Source of the DNA: Actinomycetota bacterium
GTDB lineage: Bacteria > Actinomycetota > Acidimicrobiia > Acidimicrobiales > Ilumatobacteraceae
Reading direction: 5' to 3'
DNA: 43,870 bases
Assembly: GCA_046093625.1 (NCBI GenBank)
Contig: JBJTFY010000160.1
Span: forward strand, 1 to 43,870
Shown: in pieces, positions 43,445 through 43,870 of the stretch
How positions within the stretch are numbered: position 1 is the stretch's first letter
How the letters are laid out: each line of letters starts with the position of its first letter
The notes under the pieces: generated by a model
What the model was told of the DNA's origin: nothing
The model's input: only the letters and a program-made list of their open reading frames with translations
Database searches by the model: none
Position numbers and translations under genes: made by a program

Positions 43445-43870
43445 ATGAACGTCGTCGACGGGTCGGGTGAACTCGTCGATCACGTGGACGCCCTCGACAC
43501 GGTGATCGGGGTCGTGACTCGACGGCGCATGCGCGACGAACGCTTGCGTCACCGAGCGGTCTTCGTCGCGGTGTTCGACGAATCCGGGCGACTTCTGGTG
43601 CATCGGCGGTCGACGTCCAAGGATGTCTGGCCCGGATGGTGTGACATCGCCATTGGTGGCGTGGTCACCAGCGGGGAGACCTACGAGGCGGCGGCCCGTC
43701 GGGAAGTCGCCGAGGAGATCGGCGTCGATGCCGATCCGGTGCCCGTCGACGGTGGGATGGCCCGGCCGTACGACGACGAAGTGGTGAGCCTGCTCGGGCG
43801 GTGTTTCCGGGTGACGCACCCGGGACCGTTCCGATTCACCGACGCAGAGGTGGACGAGGCGTGGTGGTCG
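43445..43870 (+). CDS. NUDIX hydrolase (3' end truncated by the window edge)
   Basis: Hand translation from the ATG at 43445 gives MNVVDGSGELVDH...HRAVFVAVFDESGRLLVHRRS. The Nudix box is GGVVTSGETYEAAARREVAEEIGV. No stop occurs before the window end. Confidence 0.75.
   Translation, partial: MNVVDGSGELVDHVDALDTVIGVVTRRRMRDERLRHRAVFVAVFDESGRLLVHRRSTSKDVWPGWCDIAIGGVVTSGETYEAAARREVAEEIGVDADPVPVDGGMARPYDDEVVSLLGRCFRVTHPGPFRFTDAEVDEAWWS

Noticed and set aside
1-43870. Mobile elements, prophage, CRISPR arrays, toxin-antitoxin or defence systems
   Set aside because: I recognised no transposase, integrase, recombinase or Cas-like ORFs and no spaced direct repeats. Apart from the homopolymer run, the only tandem repeat is the 18-bp duplication at 1309-1344.

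Overview
High-GC, densely coding chromosomal segment. Mycoredoxin, a WhiB7 ortholog, ClpS-DUF2017 and a tRNA Glu-Asp-Phe cluster point to Actinomycetota; the Bacillus-style caa3 operon suggests an Acidimicrobiia-like lineage (inference). I call about 50 CDS, 3 tRNAs, several hairpin terminators and one palindromic operator. I saw no transposase, integrase, CRISPR array or rRNA. Left part: a solute-binding lipoprotein, purA-purB, pyrE, an acyl-CoA thioesterase, the tRNA cluster and clpS. Centre: ctaB (heme O synthase), then an unusual three-gene module at 8510-11878, then a complete ctaC-D-E-F-G caa3-type oxidase operon. The module encodes a heme-copper-oxidase subunit I homolog in which every canonical heme/CuB histidine and the proton-channel residues appear substituted. 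It also encodes a diverged subunit III homolog and a polytopic protein with a cupredoxin-like but ligand-poor C-terminal domain. This 'ligand-less oxidase' module is my top candidate for an undescribed system. Right part: an ABC-2 exporter, serS, pdxH, a resA-ccdA-DUF867 operon and a whiB7-like gene with a long leader carrying a uORF, an antiterminator and an intrinsic terminator. It continues with a cstR/cstB-like persulfide-sensing divergon with a perfect operator palindrome, a fused polytopic spermidine-synthase-like protein, mycoredoxin, two tandem TAP-type peptidases, an ABC exporter, a D-aminoacylase, a DUF1295-PlsC-DUF1295 lipid-type cluster, a CoA-transferase, an SDR, an M20 amidohydrolase and a truncated NUDIX gene. 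All homology calls come from motif recognition and by-eye alignment; no searches or computations were run. Many long ORFs in the supplied track are antisense or out-of-frame high-GC artefacts.
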